From: Flavobacterium sp. | Lineage (GTDB): Bacteria > Bacteroidota > Bacteroidia > Flavobacteriales > Flavobacteriaceae | NCBI RefSeq assembly: GCF_021151785.1 | Contig: NZ_JAGKWP010000001.1 | Span: 337-64,336 of the forward strand | Length of the DNA: 64,000 nucleotides | Direction of reading: 5' to 3' | Shown: positions 28,691-39,586 of the stretch, piece by piece | How the letters are laid out: every line of letters begins with the position of its first letter | Position numbering within the stretch: the stretch's first letter is position 1 | Notes under the pieces: generated by a model | What the model was told of the DNA's origin: nothing | The model's input: only the letters and a program-made list of their open reading frames with translations | Database searches by the model: none | Position numbers and translations under genes: made by a program

Positions 28691-29353
28691 CTAATTTTTT
28701 GTTATCCAATAATACATGAAATAATACGGTGCTATTTCAAGGGTGCAAAGATACAAAATAAAATAAAATATTTTACCTATGATTATTTTTTGATAAGTCT
28801 TTATCAAAAAGTAATAAGTAAGCACGTTGTAAAGCACAAAAACACCGAGAATTATATAAAATACTAACTGAATTGGCGTTTGATTATAATATAAAAAAAT
28901 ATTTATAGGCAATAATACTAAACCTAAAAAAGCACGATAATTAACTTTAACTAAATTAAATTGTTCTACGAAACTTTCAACATTTAAAGTAGTTCCAACA
29001 ATCTTTTCAATCAAAAATTTAGATAAAATAAAAACAAAGAGAAAAGTAAATATCTGAATGAAGGAAATGTAATTATCTGTTTTTGTATAATTAAAATAAC
29101 TTAAAAGCAATAAAATGAAAAAAGAAAAAGAAATCAATTGGATGATGAACATAGAAATAGTAAACCAGTTCATTAAATTACTCGTGTCTTTATAAATTTT
29201 GTTGTACTTATCTGAAATTCCTAATTTAAGAAATTCATTAAAACGAACCTCAAAAACAGTTTTATTGGTAGCAATAATTATGGCGGCTAAAACAAACAGA
29301 ATAGTAGCCCAATCTTTATTTACCAGTATACGTTCAATAAGTAATATATTCAT
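28691..29353 (-). CDS. DUF4271-like membrane protein
   Basis: Multiple TM segments, FYFILYLCTLEIAP C-terminus, next to hemD. Confidence 0.8.
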   Translation of the reverse strand: MNILLIERILVNKDWATILFVLAAIIIATNKTVFEVRFNEFLKLGISDKYNKIYKDTSNLMNWFTISMFIIQLISFSFFILLLLSYFNYTKTDNYISFIQIFTFLFVFILSKFLIEKIVGTTLNVESFVEQFNLVKVNYRAFLGLVLLPINIFLYYNQTPIQLVFYIILGVFVLYNVLTYYFLIKTYQKIIIGKIFYFILYLCTLEIAPYYFMYYWITKN

Positions 29354-29451
29354 GGTGCAAAAGTAACAAAAATATTTGCTATCAATAATTATAAAATTAT
29401 TAAGATTTAGAATGTAAAAAAAGCATAATTTTGCAAAGTAAATAAATTGAT

Positions 29452-30174
29452 ATGTCTGCTGGTATAGTTATCATTCCCACTTATAACGAAATAGAAAATA
29501 TTGAAAGAATTATTCATGCGGTTTTTCAGTTGCCCTCTTCCTTTCATTTGTTAATTGTTGATGATAATTCACCCGATGGGACAGCAGCTAAAGTTAAAGA
29601 ATTACAAATCAAGTATAATGACCGTCTTTTTCTTGAGGTTCGACAAAAAAAATCTGGATTAGGAACAGCTTATGTTCACGGTTTCAAATGGGCGCTAAGT
29701 CATAATTATGAATACATTTATGAAATGGATGCTGATTTTTCTCACAATCCTAATGATTTAGAAAAATTGTATGAAGCTTGTAAAAATGGGGCTGATTTAG
29801 CCATTGGGTCTAGATATTCAAAAGGGGTTAATGTGGTGAATTGGCCCTTAAACCGAGTTTTGATGTCTTATTTTGCTTCTGTTTATGTAAAGATGATTAC
29901 GGGTATGAAAATTCATGACGCCACGGCTGGTTTTATTTGTTACAGACGCAATGTGCTCGAAACGATTAATCTTGATAAAATAAAATTTGTAGGTTATGCG
30001 TTTCAAATTGAAATGAAGTATCGAGCTTTCGTGAAAAAATTTAAAATAGAAGAAGTGCCTATCATTTTTACAGATCGTACTTTAGGTGAATCAAAAATGA
30101 GTGGAGCAATTATAAGAGAAGCCGTTTTTGGTGTAATCATGCTTCGAATCAGAAAAATATTTAATAGACTTTAA
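29452..30174 (+). CDS. Polyprenol monophosphomannose synthase (GT2)
   Basis: IIPTYNE, VDDNSPDGT, EMDADFSH. Confidence 0.92.
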   Translation: MSAGIVIIPTYNEIENIERIIHAVFQLPSSFHLLIVDDNSPDGTAAKVKELQIKYNDRLFLEVRQKKSGLGTAYVHGFKWALSHNYEYIYEMDADFSHNPNDLEKLYEACKNGADLAIGSRYSKGVNVVNWPLNRVLMSYFASVYVKMITGMKIHDATAGFICYRRNVLETINLDKIKFVGYAFQIEMKYRAFVKKFKIEEVPIIFTDRTLGESKMSGAIIREAVFGVIMLRIRKIFNRL

Positions 30175-30183
30175 TATAAAAAA

Positions 30184-31524
30184 ATGAGTACATTTTTAAT
30201 TAAAAATGCTAAGATTGTAAATGAAGGCTCTCTTTTTGAAGGGGATGTGTTAATTGAAAATGAAATAATTAGCCAAATAGGAGAAAGTATAAGCGCTAAA
30301 CCAAATTATACTATTGTAGATGCGGAGGGGTCTTTCTTATTACCAGGTGTAATTGATGATCAAGTACATTTTAGAGAACCAGGATTAACTCACAAAGGAA
30401 CAATAGCAACCGAAAGTAAGGCGGCAGTAGCTGGTGGAACTACATCTTTTATTGAGCAGCCTAATACTGTTCCAAATGCCATTACACAAGAATTATTAGA
30501 GCAGAAATATGAGATTGCGCGTCAGTCTTCTTATGCAAATTATTCTTTTATGATGGGTGGTACTAATACAAATTTAGATGAGTTGCTTAAAACCAATCCA
30601 AAAAATGTAGCTGGAATTAAATTGTTTTTGGGTTCATCAACGGGGAACATGTTAGTGGATGACCAAGAGGCATTAGAGAAAATTTTTTCGTCTACTAAAA
30701 TGTTAATTGCAGTACATTGTGAAGACGAAGGTACAATCAAAGCTAATTTAGAACAGTACAAAGCGGAGTATGGTGAAAATATTCCTGTAAAGTTCCATCA
30801 TTTAATTCGTAGCACGGATGCTTGTTATTTATCTTCTTCTAGAGCTATTGAATTAGCAAAAAAGACAGGAGCAAGATTGCATGTTTTCCATTTGTCTACA
30901 GCAAAGGAAATGGAGTTGTTTACGAATAAAATTCCATTAGAAGAAAAGCAAATTACCGCTGAGGTTTGTGTACATCATTTGTGGTTTACAGATAAAGATT
31001 ATGAAACCAAAGGTTCGCTGATTAAGTGGAATCCTGCCGTAAAAACTCAAGATGATCAAGATGCTTTATGGAAAGCCCTTTTAGATGATCGAATAGATGT
31101 TATTGCTACTGATCACGCTCCACATACATTAGAAGAGAAAAACAATCCTTACACGAGTTCGCCTTCTGGAGGACCTTTAGTACAACACTCATTAGTTTTA
31201 ATGATGGAGGCTTATGCGAAAGGGAAAATTTCTGTGGAGAAAATTGTGGAAAAAATGTGTCACAATCCGGCTAGGATTTTTAAAATAGAGAAAAGAGGGT
31301 TTGTTAGGGAAGGATACTTTGCAGATCTAGTTATTGTAAATCCACATTTACCATGGAATGTTAAGAAGGAAAATCTATTGTATAAATGTGGTTGGTCTCC
31401 GATAGAAGGGATGAACTTAAAATCTAGAGTAACACATACTTTTGTAAATGGTAAATTGGTATATCAAAACGGAAAGGTAAAAGAAGTATTAGCAGGTCAG
31501 CGTTTAACTTTTGATCGAGAGTAA
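30184..31524 (+). CDS. pyrC: Dihydroorotase
   Basis: DDQVHFREPG, KWNPA, ATDHAPH. Confidence 0.92.
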   Translation: MSTFLIKNAKIVNEGSLFEGDVLIENEIISQIGESISAKPNYTIVDAEGSFLLPGVIDDQVHFREPGLTHKGTIATESKAAVAGGTTSFIEQPNTVPNAITQELLEQKYEIARQSSYANYSFMMGGTNTNLDELLKTNPKNVAGIKLFLGSSTGNMLVDDQEALEKIFSSTKMLIAVHCEDEGTIKANLEQYKAEYGENIPVKFHHLIRSTDACYLSSSRAIELAKKTGARLHVFHLSTAKEMELFTNKIPLEEKQITAEVCVHHLWFTDKDYETKGSLIKWNPAVKTQDDQDALWKALLDDRIDVIATDHAPHTLEEKNNPYTSSPSGGPLVQHSLVLMMEAYAKGKISVEKIVEKMCHNPARIFKIEKRGFVREGYFADLVIVNPHLPWNVKKENLLYKCGWSPIEGMNLKSRVTHTFVNGKLVYQNGKVKEVLAGQRLTFDRE

Positions 31525-31532
31525 TTTTACGT

Positions 31533-31850
31533 ATGAAAAAAACAGTATTTTTTATAGGTTTAGTTTTAGTTGTTTCTTGTTCAAGAAATCCAGTTCCAAA
31601 GCCCGATCGTTTGCTTGATGAAGAAACCATGGAAAACATTATGTATGATGTGGTGATTTTACAAGGTGCGACAGCAAGTGCCCCTGAACAATTAATTCAA
31701 AATAACATCAATTCTAAAGAATACATATACAAAAAGTACAAGATTGATAGTGCTACTTTTCATCAGAACAATAGGTATTATGCAGCTGATGTTAGAAACT
31801 ATAAGTTTATGTATAAACGCGTACTAGAGCGTATTCAAAATCATAAATAA
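31533..31850 (+). CDS. DUF4296-like lipoprotein
   Basis: Lipobox VVS-C; KYKIDSATFHQNNRYY. Confidence 0.8.
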   Translation: MKKTVFFIGLVLVVSCSRNPVPKPDRLLDEETMENIMYDVVILQGATASAPEQLIQNNINSKEYIYKKYKIDSATFHQNNRYYAADVRNYKFMYKRVLERIQNHK

Positions 31851-31885
31851 ATAAAAAATCACGCTTTATGCGTGATTTTTTATTT
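31849..31885. terminator. Bidirectional terminator
   Basis: AAATAAAAAATCACGC / GCGTGATTTTTTATTT. Confidence 0.85.
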
Positions 31886-32875
31886 AAAGTCTTGGGCTAA
31901 TTTTGTTAGATAGGATTCCATAGGGGAAAATTCAAACGGTATAGTACTTTTTATTTTTTGTGAACTATAGAATTCTTCGTTGTGTAAGGATTGTGCTGCT
32001 GCTTTTGTTAATTTTCTTCGAGTAAAAAATAAGGTCGAAAAAATCCAATCCAAACGCCAAATAACAGCGGTTAATACTTTTGAAGCATGCCATTTTGGAG
32101 GATGAACGTTGAAAGCTTTAGCTAAAATGCAGAACAATTGATGGTAAGTTGGGTTTTCTGCTACAAGAATAAAACGCTCTCCAGATATAGGGCTATTCAT
32201 AAGCAAGTACATAGTTTGAACAACATCTTCTACAGCCACTATTCCTATTTTGCCTTTGGTGTAAAAAGGTAAACCCTTTTTGATTTTAGTAAAGAATAAA
32301 CTACTGCCTGAATTTTTGAATCCAGAGCCAAAAATTACACCTGGATTGACAATTACAATTGGTAATCCTTCTTGATATCCTCGCCAAACTTCTAACTCGG
32401 CTCCGTATTTAGAAATGGAATAATCGCTATAATGGAGTTCATTGTTTCGTTCAGTTTCTTCAGTAATGCAAAGTTGGTGCTCGGTTCCGTTACCTAAAGC
32501 TGCAATTGAACTCACATGACACAGCTTTTCTACTCCAAAAGCCAAACATAGATTAACTACATTAGCCGTGCCAACAATATTGTTTTTGTAAAGAGCTATA
32601 TGATCTTTGGGTTCAAAAGAAACCAAAGCAGCACAATGGTAGACCTGTGTTATGTCTTGAAAAGCTAATTCAAGTGAGGGGATGTCTAGTAAATCAGCTT
32701 GAAACCAATCAATTTGTTTAAAAATATGAAGTTGATTTTGCGCCTTAAATAAGTTTTTAATATGGTCTTTTTTTGCTTCCAATCGGTACAGTGCGCGAAT
32801 AGGTGTAGCTTCTTTCGACAACAATTGCATCAAATGAAACCCAACTAAACCGGTAGCGCCTGTAATTAAAATCAT
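31880..32875 (-). CDS. NAD-dependent epimerase/dehydratase
   Basis: ITGATGLVG, YSISK, NPGVIFG. Confidence 0.9.
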   Translation of the reverse strand: MILITGATGLVGFHLMQLLSKEATPIRALYRLEAKKDHIKNLFKAQNQLHIFKQIDWFQADLLDIPSLELAFQDITQVYHCAALVSFEPKDHIALYKNNIVGTANVVNLCLAFGVEKLCHVSSIAALGNGTEHQLCITEETERNNELHYSDYSISKYGAELEVWRGYQEGLPIVIVNPGVIFGSGFKNSGSSLFFTKIKKGLPFYTKGKIGIVAVEDVVQTMYLLMNSPISGERFILVAENPTYHQLFCILAKAFNVHPPKWHASKVLTAVIWRLDWIFSTLFFTRRKLTKAAAQSLHNEEFYSSQKIKSTIPFEFSPMESYLTKLAQDFK

Positions 32876-32988
32876 GAGGTAAAAATAGGGAAAATGCCCT
32901 AATCAAGCAATAAAAAAGCGGTTTAATGTCGTTTTATAAAATGCTTTGAATGTGCGTATCAACATTTTATTAACTCATTTTTTCGCAC

Positions 32989-32996
32989 TATATTTG
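32989..32996 (+). promoter_or_regulatory. -7 promoter element for asnS
   Basis: TATATTTG-CA. Confidence 0.6.
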
Positions 32997-33019
32997 CACT
33001 TTTAATGAAAAGATAGGAA

Positions 33020-34456
33020 ATGAAACATACTAAGATTGTTGATTTATTAAACAACACCAAAACGTTACAAGAAGTAACCGCTAAAGGATGGGTACGTACA
33101 TTTAGAAATAACCAATTTATTGCGTTGAACGACGGTTCAACTATTCATAATATTCAGTGTGTTGTTGATTTTGAAAACACCCCTGAAGAAACATTAAAAA
33201 GAATTACTACTGGTGCTGCCATTTGTGTAAAAGGTACGTTGGTTGAAAGTCAAGGTGCTGGTCAAAATGTTGAAATTCAAGTAGCTTCATTAGAAATTTT
33301 AGGTGATTCGGATGCGGAAAAATTTCCAATGCAACCCAAACGCCATTCGCTTGAATTTTTACGTGAAAATGCCCATTTACGTGTAAGAACTAATGTTTTT
33401 GGTGCCATTATGCGTGTGCGTTCAGCTTTGTCGTTTGCAGTGCATCAATACTTCCAACAAAAAGGATTCGTATATGTAAATACACCCATTATTACAGGAT
33501 CGGATGCAGAAGGTGCAGGCGAAATGTTTCAAGTAACCGCGTTACCTTTAGATGGTTCGGCACCGAGAAATGAAGATGGAAGTATTAATTATAAAGAGGA
33601 TTTCTTCGGAAAACAAACAAACTTAACCGTTTCTGGTCAGTTAGAAGGAGAAACATTTGCTATGGCTTTAGGTCAGATTTATACTTTCGGACCTACATTC
33701 CGTGCAGAAAATTCAAATACATCACGTCACTTAGCTGAATTTTGGATGATTGAACCTGAAGTGGCATTCAATGATTTAGCAGACAATATGGATTTGGCCG
33801 AAGATTTTATTAAATATGTAATAAAATATGCTGTGGATCATTGTGCAGATGATTTAAAGTTCTTAGATGAACGTTTTGCTCAAGAAGAAAAACAAAAACC
33901 GCAGGCAGATCGCAGCGAAATGACTTTGTTAGAAAAATTAAATTTTGTTTTAGAAAATAATTTTAAGCGTGTTTCGTATACAGAGGCAATTGATATTCTG
34001 AAAGATTCTACACCTAACAAGAAAAAGAAATTCCAATATTTAATTGAAGAATGGGGCGCAGATTTACAATCGGAACACGAACGTTTCTTAGTTGAAAAAC
34101 ACTTCAAATGTCCGGTTATTTTATTTGATTATCCAGCAAAAATTAAAGCGTTTTACATGCGTTTAAATGAAGATGGAAAAACGGTAAGAGCCATGGATAT
34201 TTTATTCCCTGGTATCGGCGAAATTGTAGGAGGTTCTCAACGAGAAGAACGTTATGAGGTATTGGTAGAAAAAATGCAAGCGTTAGGAATCGATGAAGAA
34301 GAGTTGTGGTGGTATTTAGATACGAGACGATTTGGATCAGCCGTACACTCTGGTTTCGGGTTAGGATTTGAGCGTTTGGTATTATTCGTTACAGGTATGA
34401 CAAACATTAGAGACGTTATTCCTTTCCCAAGAACACCACAAAACGCAGAATTTTAA
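33020..34456 (+). CDS. asnS: Asparagine--tRNA ligase
   Basis: [26 protein letters not shown]. Confidence 0.96.
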   Translation: MKHTKIVDLLNNTKTLQEVTAKGWVRTFRNNQFIALNDGSTIHNIQCVVDFENTPEETLKRITTGAAICVKGTLVESQGAGQNVEIQVASLEILGDSDAEKFPMQPKRHSLEFLRENAHLRVRTNVFGAIMRVRSALSFAVHQYFQQKGFVYVNTPIITGSDAEGAGEMFQVTALPLDGSAPRNEDGSINYKEDFFGKQTNLTVSGQLEGETFAMALGQIYTFGPTFRAENSNTSRHLAEFWMIEPEVAFNDLADNMDLAEDFIKYVIKYAVDHCADDLKFLDERFAQEEKQKPQADRSEMTLLEKLNFVLENNFKRVSYTEAIDILKDSTPNKKKKFQYLIEEWGADLQSEHERFLVEKHFKCPVILFDYPAKIKAFYMRLNEDGKTVRAMDILFPGIGEIVGGSQREERYEVLVEKMQALGIDEEELWWYLDTRRFGSAVHSGFGLGFERLVLFVTGMTNIRDVIPFPRTPQNAEF

Positions 34457-34465
34457 AAAACAGTT

Positions 34466-34534
34466 GTTTCAAGTTTAAAGTTTCATGCTATTGTTTAGTT
34501 TGAAACTTTTGACTTTTAATTTTTGACTTGAAAA
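34466..34534. repeat. 7-nt-periodic imperfect inverted repeat between asnS and rpoN
   Basis: GTTTCAA GTTTAAA GTTTCAT ... TTGAAAC TTTTGAC TTTTAAT TTTTGAC TTGAAAA. Confidence 0.7.
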
Positions 34535-34535
34535 T

Positions 34536-36002
34536 ATGCTTAAACAGAATCTACATTTAAAACTTTCACAGAAACTTTCGCCTCAGCAAATTCAGTTGAT
34601 GAAACTGATTCAATTGCCTACGCAAGCTTTTGAACAGCGTTTGCAAGAAGAAATGGTTGAAAATCCAGCTTTAGAAGGTGATGTGGACGCTTCTTTAGAT
34701 TCTTATGAAGATTCATTTGATAATTCAAATGACGATTATGACGATTACGATAACGAGCATATTGATACTGGTGATTTGAATATCGACGAATATTTAAGTA
34801 ATGATGAAACACCGGATTATAAGTATCAAACGAATAATTATAGTGATGATGACGAAGATAAATCGTTGCCTATTGCTGCCCAAATGAGTTTTCATCAAGA
34901 TTTAATTAATCAGTTGAACACTTTTATTTTGTCAGATGAAGACCGTGAAATTGCCGAGTTTTTAGTGGGTAGTATTGAGGATTCTGGTTATATAAGAAGG
35001 ACAATTCAAGATATCGTGGATGATATGGCCTTTACTCAGGGGATTTATACAGATGAGAAGACTGTTGAGCGAGTGTTGACTGTTGTTCAACAACTAGAAC
35101 CTTCAGGTGTGGGGGCTCGTGATTTGCAAGAATGTTTGCTTATTCAATTAAAACATAAAACACCTACGGAATCGGTAAATTTAGCGATAGATATCATAGA
35201 TAAGCAGTTTGAAGCTTTTACTAAAAAACATTATGATAAATTACTTCAAAAGTTTGATGTAACTAAGGAGCAATTGAAAAAAGCGATAGATGAAATTGAG
35301 AAATTAAATCCAAAACCAGGAGGGAGTTATGACAGTAGTAGTCGTGTGATAGAACATGTTGTGCCTGATTTTACCATTCGGGTGGTGGATGGAGAACTTG
35401 AATTGACCTTGAATTCTAGAAATGCACCAGAGTTGCATGTTTCAAAGGACTATCAAGAGATGTTGCAAACGTATAAAGTTTCAAGTGAGAAATCTGCAGC
35501 TCAGAAAGATGCTGTTCAGTTCATCAAACAAAAATTGGATTCGGCCAAGTGGTTTATTGATGCAATTAAGCAACGACAAGAAACTTTATTGGTTACTATG
35601 AATGCCATTATGCATTTTCAATACGAATATTTTTTAGAGGGAGAAGAGACAAAATTAAAGCCTATGATTCTAAAAGATATTGCGGATATGGTAGGCTTAG
35701 ATATTTCTACTGTTTCACGAGTAGCTAACAGTAAGTATGTTGATACTCCTTATGGGACCAAGCTGATTAAAGAATTTTTCAGTGAAGCGATGAAGAACAC
35801 GGAAGGTGAGGATGTGTCTACGATTGAGATTAAAAAGATTTTGGAACAAGTAATTGCCGAGGAAGACAAGAGCAAGCCTTTGCCTGATGAAGATTTGGCT
35901 GTTATTTTGAAAGAACGGGGCTATCCTATTGCCCGTAGAACTGTGGCCAAGTATAGAGAACAGTTAGATATACCAGTAGCCCGATTAAGAAAGAAAATCT
36001 GA
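34536..36002 (+). CDS. rpoN: RNA polymerase sigma-54 factor
   Basis: Gln-rich N-terminus, ISTVSRV, RpoN box ARRTVAKYRE. Confidence 0.97.
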   Translation: MLKQNLHLKLSQKLSPQQIQLMKLIQLPTQAFEQRLQEEMVENPALEGDVDASLDSYEDSFDNSNDDYDDYDNEHIDTGDLNIDEYLSNDETPDYKYQTNNYSDDDEDKSLPIAAQMSFHQDLINQLNTFILSDEDREIAEFLVGSIEDSGYIRRTIQDIVDDMAFTQGIYTDEKTVERVLTVVQQLEPSGVGARDLQECLLIQLKHKTPTESVNLAIDIIDKQFEAFTKKHYDKLLQKFDVTKEQLKKAIDEIEKLNPKPGGSYDSSSRVIEHVVPDFTIRVVDGELELTLNSRNAPELHVSKDYQEMLQTYKVSSEKSAAQKDAVQFIKQKLDSAKWFIDAIKQRQETLLVTMNAIMHFQYEYFLEGEETKLKPMILKDIADMVGLDISTVSRVANSKYVDTPYGTKLIKEFFSEAMKNTEGEDVSTIEIKKILEQVIAEEDKSKPLPDEDLAVILKERGYPIARRTVAKYREQLDIPVARLRKKI

Positions 36003-36613
36003 TGCAGACCAAATATTTATTAGTTCCCTTTTCTTATATATTTCATCCTATTTTTGTTTCTTTATATGGAACTCTATTGTATTTTACTTTTGAAGGGAAT
36101 GTCATTTCTGATATTCATACGTATTTTACTTTTTTTCAGATACTTCTTTTAACAGTTGTCTTACCTTTATGCTTTTATTTGTTACTGCGTATTTTAAATT
36201 TGGTTTCCTCTTTTACAGAAGCTACTTTAGAAGAGCGTAAAATACCCATTTTCATTCAGATGGCACTCATGTATGTTTTGTTGAGGTATGGTGGTCTACA
36301 AGAGTCTGATCCAGCATTAAGTCATTTTTTTGAAGGAGGTTTTATTAGTTCATTTATTGTACTTATTTCTGTATCATTTGGGTTCAAAGCTAGTTTGCAC
36401 ATGATTGGAGTAACGTCTTTATTTGTTTTTACACTTTTATTAATTAGCTATTTACACATACCAGCTATCAATACTCTAGTTACTTTATTACTATGTATGG
36501 GTTTCGTGGCTTCTTCGCGTTTATTTATGAAAGCACACACGCCTGTAGAATTGGTTGTGGGTTTATTAATTGGTGTAATTCCTCAGTATTTGGTTTGGAT
36601 TTATAAAATATAA
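36002..36613 (+). CDS. Multi-TM membrane protein (PAP2-like C-terminus)
   Basis: KASLHM and SSRLFMKAHT motifs. Confidence 0.75.
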   Translation: MQTKYLLVPFSYIFHPIFVSLYGTLLYFTFEGNVISDIHTYFTFFQILLLTVVLPLCFYLLLRILNLVSSFTEATLEERKIPIFIQMALMYVLLRYGGLQESDPALSHFFEGGFISSFIVLISVSFGFKASLHMIGVTSLFVFTLLLISYLHIPAINTLVTLLLCMGFVASSRLFMKAHTPVELVVGLLIGVIPQYLVWIYKI

Positions 36614-37257
36614 AATTGAAACCCAATGTTGAGGTTGCTTATTTTAGAACCGTCTTTAAAGATAGGATTTATTCCATAGTAAATATAGGGATTCCAAGTG
36701 TTGAATCCTGCAGTAATATAGGCTCCAAATTGCCAACGATTGACTTCATTTGTTATAGATTGTTTATCTTTTCCAAAAGAAGTTTCTAAATTTAATCGAG
36801 CATCAAGAATATAAGTTGCTTTGAAGCCGGTATAAATTCTCCAAAACTTGTGGCTCAAAGGTGTTGAATTGCGCCATCTAATTTCTAATGGAAATTCTAA
36901 TCCATGGGCAATGATGGTAGTTCTGATATTTTCAGAAGGTGTAATGGCTCCTACACCTAATAACTCCTCAGAATTAATAAATTGTTTAATGTTATTATAT
37001 GAGTAACCCATACCTGAGGCAATAGCCCAATGTCTATTTTTAGTGAATGGCATATCACGTAAGAAGCCAACACTAATCCCTGGTGAGAAAGAGAATTGTT
37101 TGAAACCTGTAGGTCGATTTTGGACTAAGTTATAACTTAATGAAAAGTAGAATTGATCTTCTCTATATAATGAGTCGATTTCTTGTCTAGGTTCTTCTAT
37201 AGAGTTTTGCGACCACAAAAAAAAGGGTGTTAGCAAAAGAAAAACAATTCTATACAT
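36601..37257 (-). CDS. Outer-membrane beta-barrel (porin/PorT-like) protein
   Basis: Signal peptide, YREDQFY, aromatic C-terminal strand; real start ATG 37257 (longer ORF runs through the tRNA). Confidence 0.82.
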   Translation of the reverse strand: MYRIVFLLLTPFFLWSQNSIEEPRQEIDSLYREDQFYFSLSYNLVQNRPTGFKQFSFSPGISVGFLRDMPFTKNRHWAIASGMGYSYNNIKQFINSEELLGVGAITPSENIRTTIIAHGLEFPLEIRWRNSTPLSHKFWRIYTGFKATYILDARLNLETSFGKDKQSITNEVNRWQFGAYITAGFNTWNPYIYYGINPIFKDGSKISNLNIGFQFYIL

Positions 37258-37271
37258 ATAATTTTTTTTAG

Positions 37272-37359
37272 CAGAGAGGAAGGGATTCGAACCCTCGATG
37301 CCCTTTTGGGGCATACACACTTTCCAGGCGTGCGCCTTCGACCACTCGGCCACCTCTCT
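37272..37359 (-). tRNA. tRNA-Ser(GGA), 88 nt, CCA not encoded
   Basis: Acceptor stem AGAGAGG/CCTCTCT, anticodon arm CACGC-CTGGAAA-GTGTG, long variable arm, GGTTCGAATCC T-loop. Confidence 0.97.
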
Positions 37360-37361
37360 TT

Positions 37362-38399
37362 TTATTCATTCATTTCACCCCTTAAGGACGTTTCAAATAT
37401 GGTTTTAAATACAGTTGGGGCCACATTTTGTCCTAATAAATACATTAGTTTAGTAATCGCCGCTTCTGTGGTAATATCTTTTCCTGAAATTAAACCTAAT
37501 TCTTTTAATTTAGTACTTGTTTCATAGGTCCCCATCATTACACTTCCACCACTGCATTGAGTTACATTAATAATATGTAAACCTTTTTTTGTAGCGAGTT
37601 CTAATTCTTCAATAAACCAATTATGCATAGGAGCATTTCCAGCACCATAAGTTTCTAGAACGACTCCTTTTAAGTTTGGTATGGCTAATAATGAAGCTAA
37701 AACCGCTCTTGTAATACCAGGGAACAATTTAATAACTAAAACATTAGTGTCAAAATTTTTATTTACAATTAATGTTTTATTTTTTGGAGATGAAAATAAA
37801 GCATCATAGTTTATATTTAAGTGAACACCAGATTCTACTAATTCTGGAAAATTGGGAGATATAAAAGCATTAAAATGTTCAGCACTAATTTTAGTAGTTC
37901 GATTTCCTCTGTATAATTTATATTCAAAATATAAGCAGACTTCTTGTACAACTGGTTTTCCTTTTTGCTGTAAAGCAGCAATTTGAATTGCAGTAATTAA
38001 ATTTTCTTTTGCATCAGTTCTCAAATCTCCAATAGGCAATTGTGATCCTGTAAAAATTACTGGTTTAGTTAAGTTTTCAAGCATAAAACTTAGAGCTGAA
38101 GCACTATATGACATAGTGTCTGATCCATGAAGCACTACAAAACCATCGTAGTTATGGTAATGTTGTTCAATAATATTAGCCATTTGAACCCAATTTTGAA
38201 CTTCCATATTTGAAGAATCTATAGGTTGATCAAAAGAGATAGATTGAATGGTGCAATCCAAGAGCTTTAATTCAGGAATTCCTTTTATTAATTTTTTAAA
38301 GTTAAAAGCTTTCAACGCTCCAGTATCGGCATCTTTAACCATACCAATGGTACCACCCGTGTAAATCAATAAGATGTTCGGTTTGTTAATTGGTTTCAA
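37362..38399 (-). CDS. ansA: Type I L-asparaginase
   Basis: IYTGGTIGM, HGSDTM, TGSQLP. Confidence 0.92.
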   Translation of the reverse strand: MKPINKPNILLIYTGGTIGMVKDADTGALKAFNFKKLIKGIPELKLLDCTIQSISFDQPIDSSNMEVQNWVQMANIIEQHYHNYDGFVVLHGSDTMSYSASALSFMLENLTKPVIFTGSQLPIGDLRTDAKENLITAIQIAALQQKGKPVVQEVCLYFEYKLYRGNRTTKISAEHFNAFISPNFPELVESGVHLNINYDALFSSPKNKTLIVNKNFDTNVLVIKLFPGITRAVLASLLAIPNLKGVVLETYGAGNAPMHNWFIEELELATKKGLHIINVTQCSGGSVMMGTYETSTKLKELGLISGKDITTEAAITKLMYLLGQNVAPTVFKTIFETSLRGEMNE

Positions 38400-39528
38400 T
38401 AGTTTGGTATTTTAATTTATTAATAACGGGATTGGCATACATGGCTAAAAAGCTTTCTTTTTGTTTTATGTCGTCAGCATTGATGCGTAATTCCAATCTT
38501 CGTTCAAAAAGTTGTTTTTCTTTTTCTGTATACTTACAACTATAAGTAGATGTTTGGTGTAATAAATCGTAGGCAATAAAATTGGTCGGCCATAGTTGGT
38601 AAGATTGCAAAATAGAATCATCTATTGCTTGAGCTAAGGCCTGTATTTGTTTATTGTTATTATCGTTTGTTGCTTTTATTTGGTCTATTTCATGATTTAA
38701 AACATCGCCTACATGAATATGGATACGTTTTTTTTGGCCAATAATTCCACTTAAAAGTGTTATAAAATCTTCATTCTTATCTTTTATGTAAATTTCATCA
38801 TTGGCTTCGGCCATTAATTGAGGCATTTTTAAAGCATCTGTAGGGTCATATTCATAGGATATTGATACGGGAACTAATTTAATTTTCTTAAAAAAGTCCA
38901 TTACATCAGCTTCATCATTTGCCATGGCAATCATTTTTAATACGCCTTGGTGGGTAGCATCATTACCATCTTTCGTTCTGCCTTCACGTTGTGCTATCCA
39001 AACAGATCTATTTTCTCTAGATACCAAATGATACATGTATTCAGATAATAATTTAGAACTTTGCAACAATTCTCTAGGAGGTAATCCACGTTGTACTAAA
39101 AAATTACGATTTAATTTTGATAACTTCAATAAAAAATCTTTTTTGACTAAATTATCACCAATTGCCGATGCGGTCATAATTAAATCATGATCAAACAAGC
39201 ATACATTTAAAAGCGATGTGTCTAAAATGATGTCACGATGATTGGAGATGAAGAAATAAGCCGTGTGAGGTTCTAATTTTTCAAAACCTGAAGTGGTTAA
39301 GCCGTCAGATGTTTTTTCTAAAATTTTCTTAATGGCTTGATACGCAAAATTAATTTGGAAATCACGAATTGAATATGTGCGTAATAAATGTTCTTTCCAA
39401 ACAGAATCTTCCACATTCGGATACGCAAAATTCATCATCGCTTTCATCATGGGATGATGTGCCAATTCTCTCAAAGCATGGTTTACTTCGGAGTCATAAT
39501 AAGGACGAATTTTATCGAATTTTGACAT
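38386..39528 (-). CDS. Glycerolipid acyltransferase (PlsC-like)
   Basis: SNHRDIILD, IAQREGRTKDG. Confidence 0.88.
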   Translation of the reverse strand: MSKFDKIRPYYDSEVNHALRELAHHPMMKAMMNFAYPNVEDSVWKEHLLRTYSIRDFQINFAYQAIKKILEKTSDGLTTSGFEKLEPHTAYFFISNHRDIILDTSLLNVCLFDHDLIMTASAIGDNLVKKDFLLKLSKLNRNFLVQRGLPPRELLQSSKLLSEYMYHLVSRENRSVWIAQREGRTKDGNDATHQGVLKMIAMANDEADVMDFFKKIKLVPVSISYEYDPTDALKMPQLMAEANDEIYIKDKNEDFITLLSGIIGQKKRIHIHVGDVLNHEIDQIKATNDNNNKQIQALAQAIDDSILQSYQLWPTNFIAYDLLHQTSTYSCKYTEKEKQLFERRLELRINADDIKQKESFLAMYANPVINKLKYQTIETN

Positions 39529-39586
39529 GGCTAATTTCTATGGTACAAAAAAACAAAAAAAATGGGAATTAAAGTTAAAATTCATC

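Noticed and set aside
37258-37359. N-terminal extension of the porin ORF, and the tRNA as an integration site
   Set aside because: The extension is the tRNA-Ser read in frame; no duplicated tRNA 3' end or integrase is nearby.
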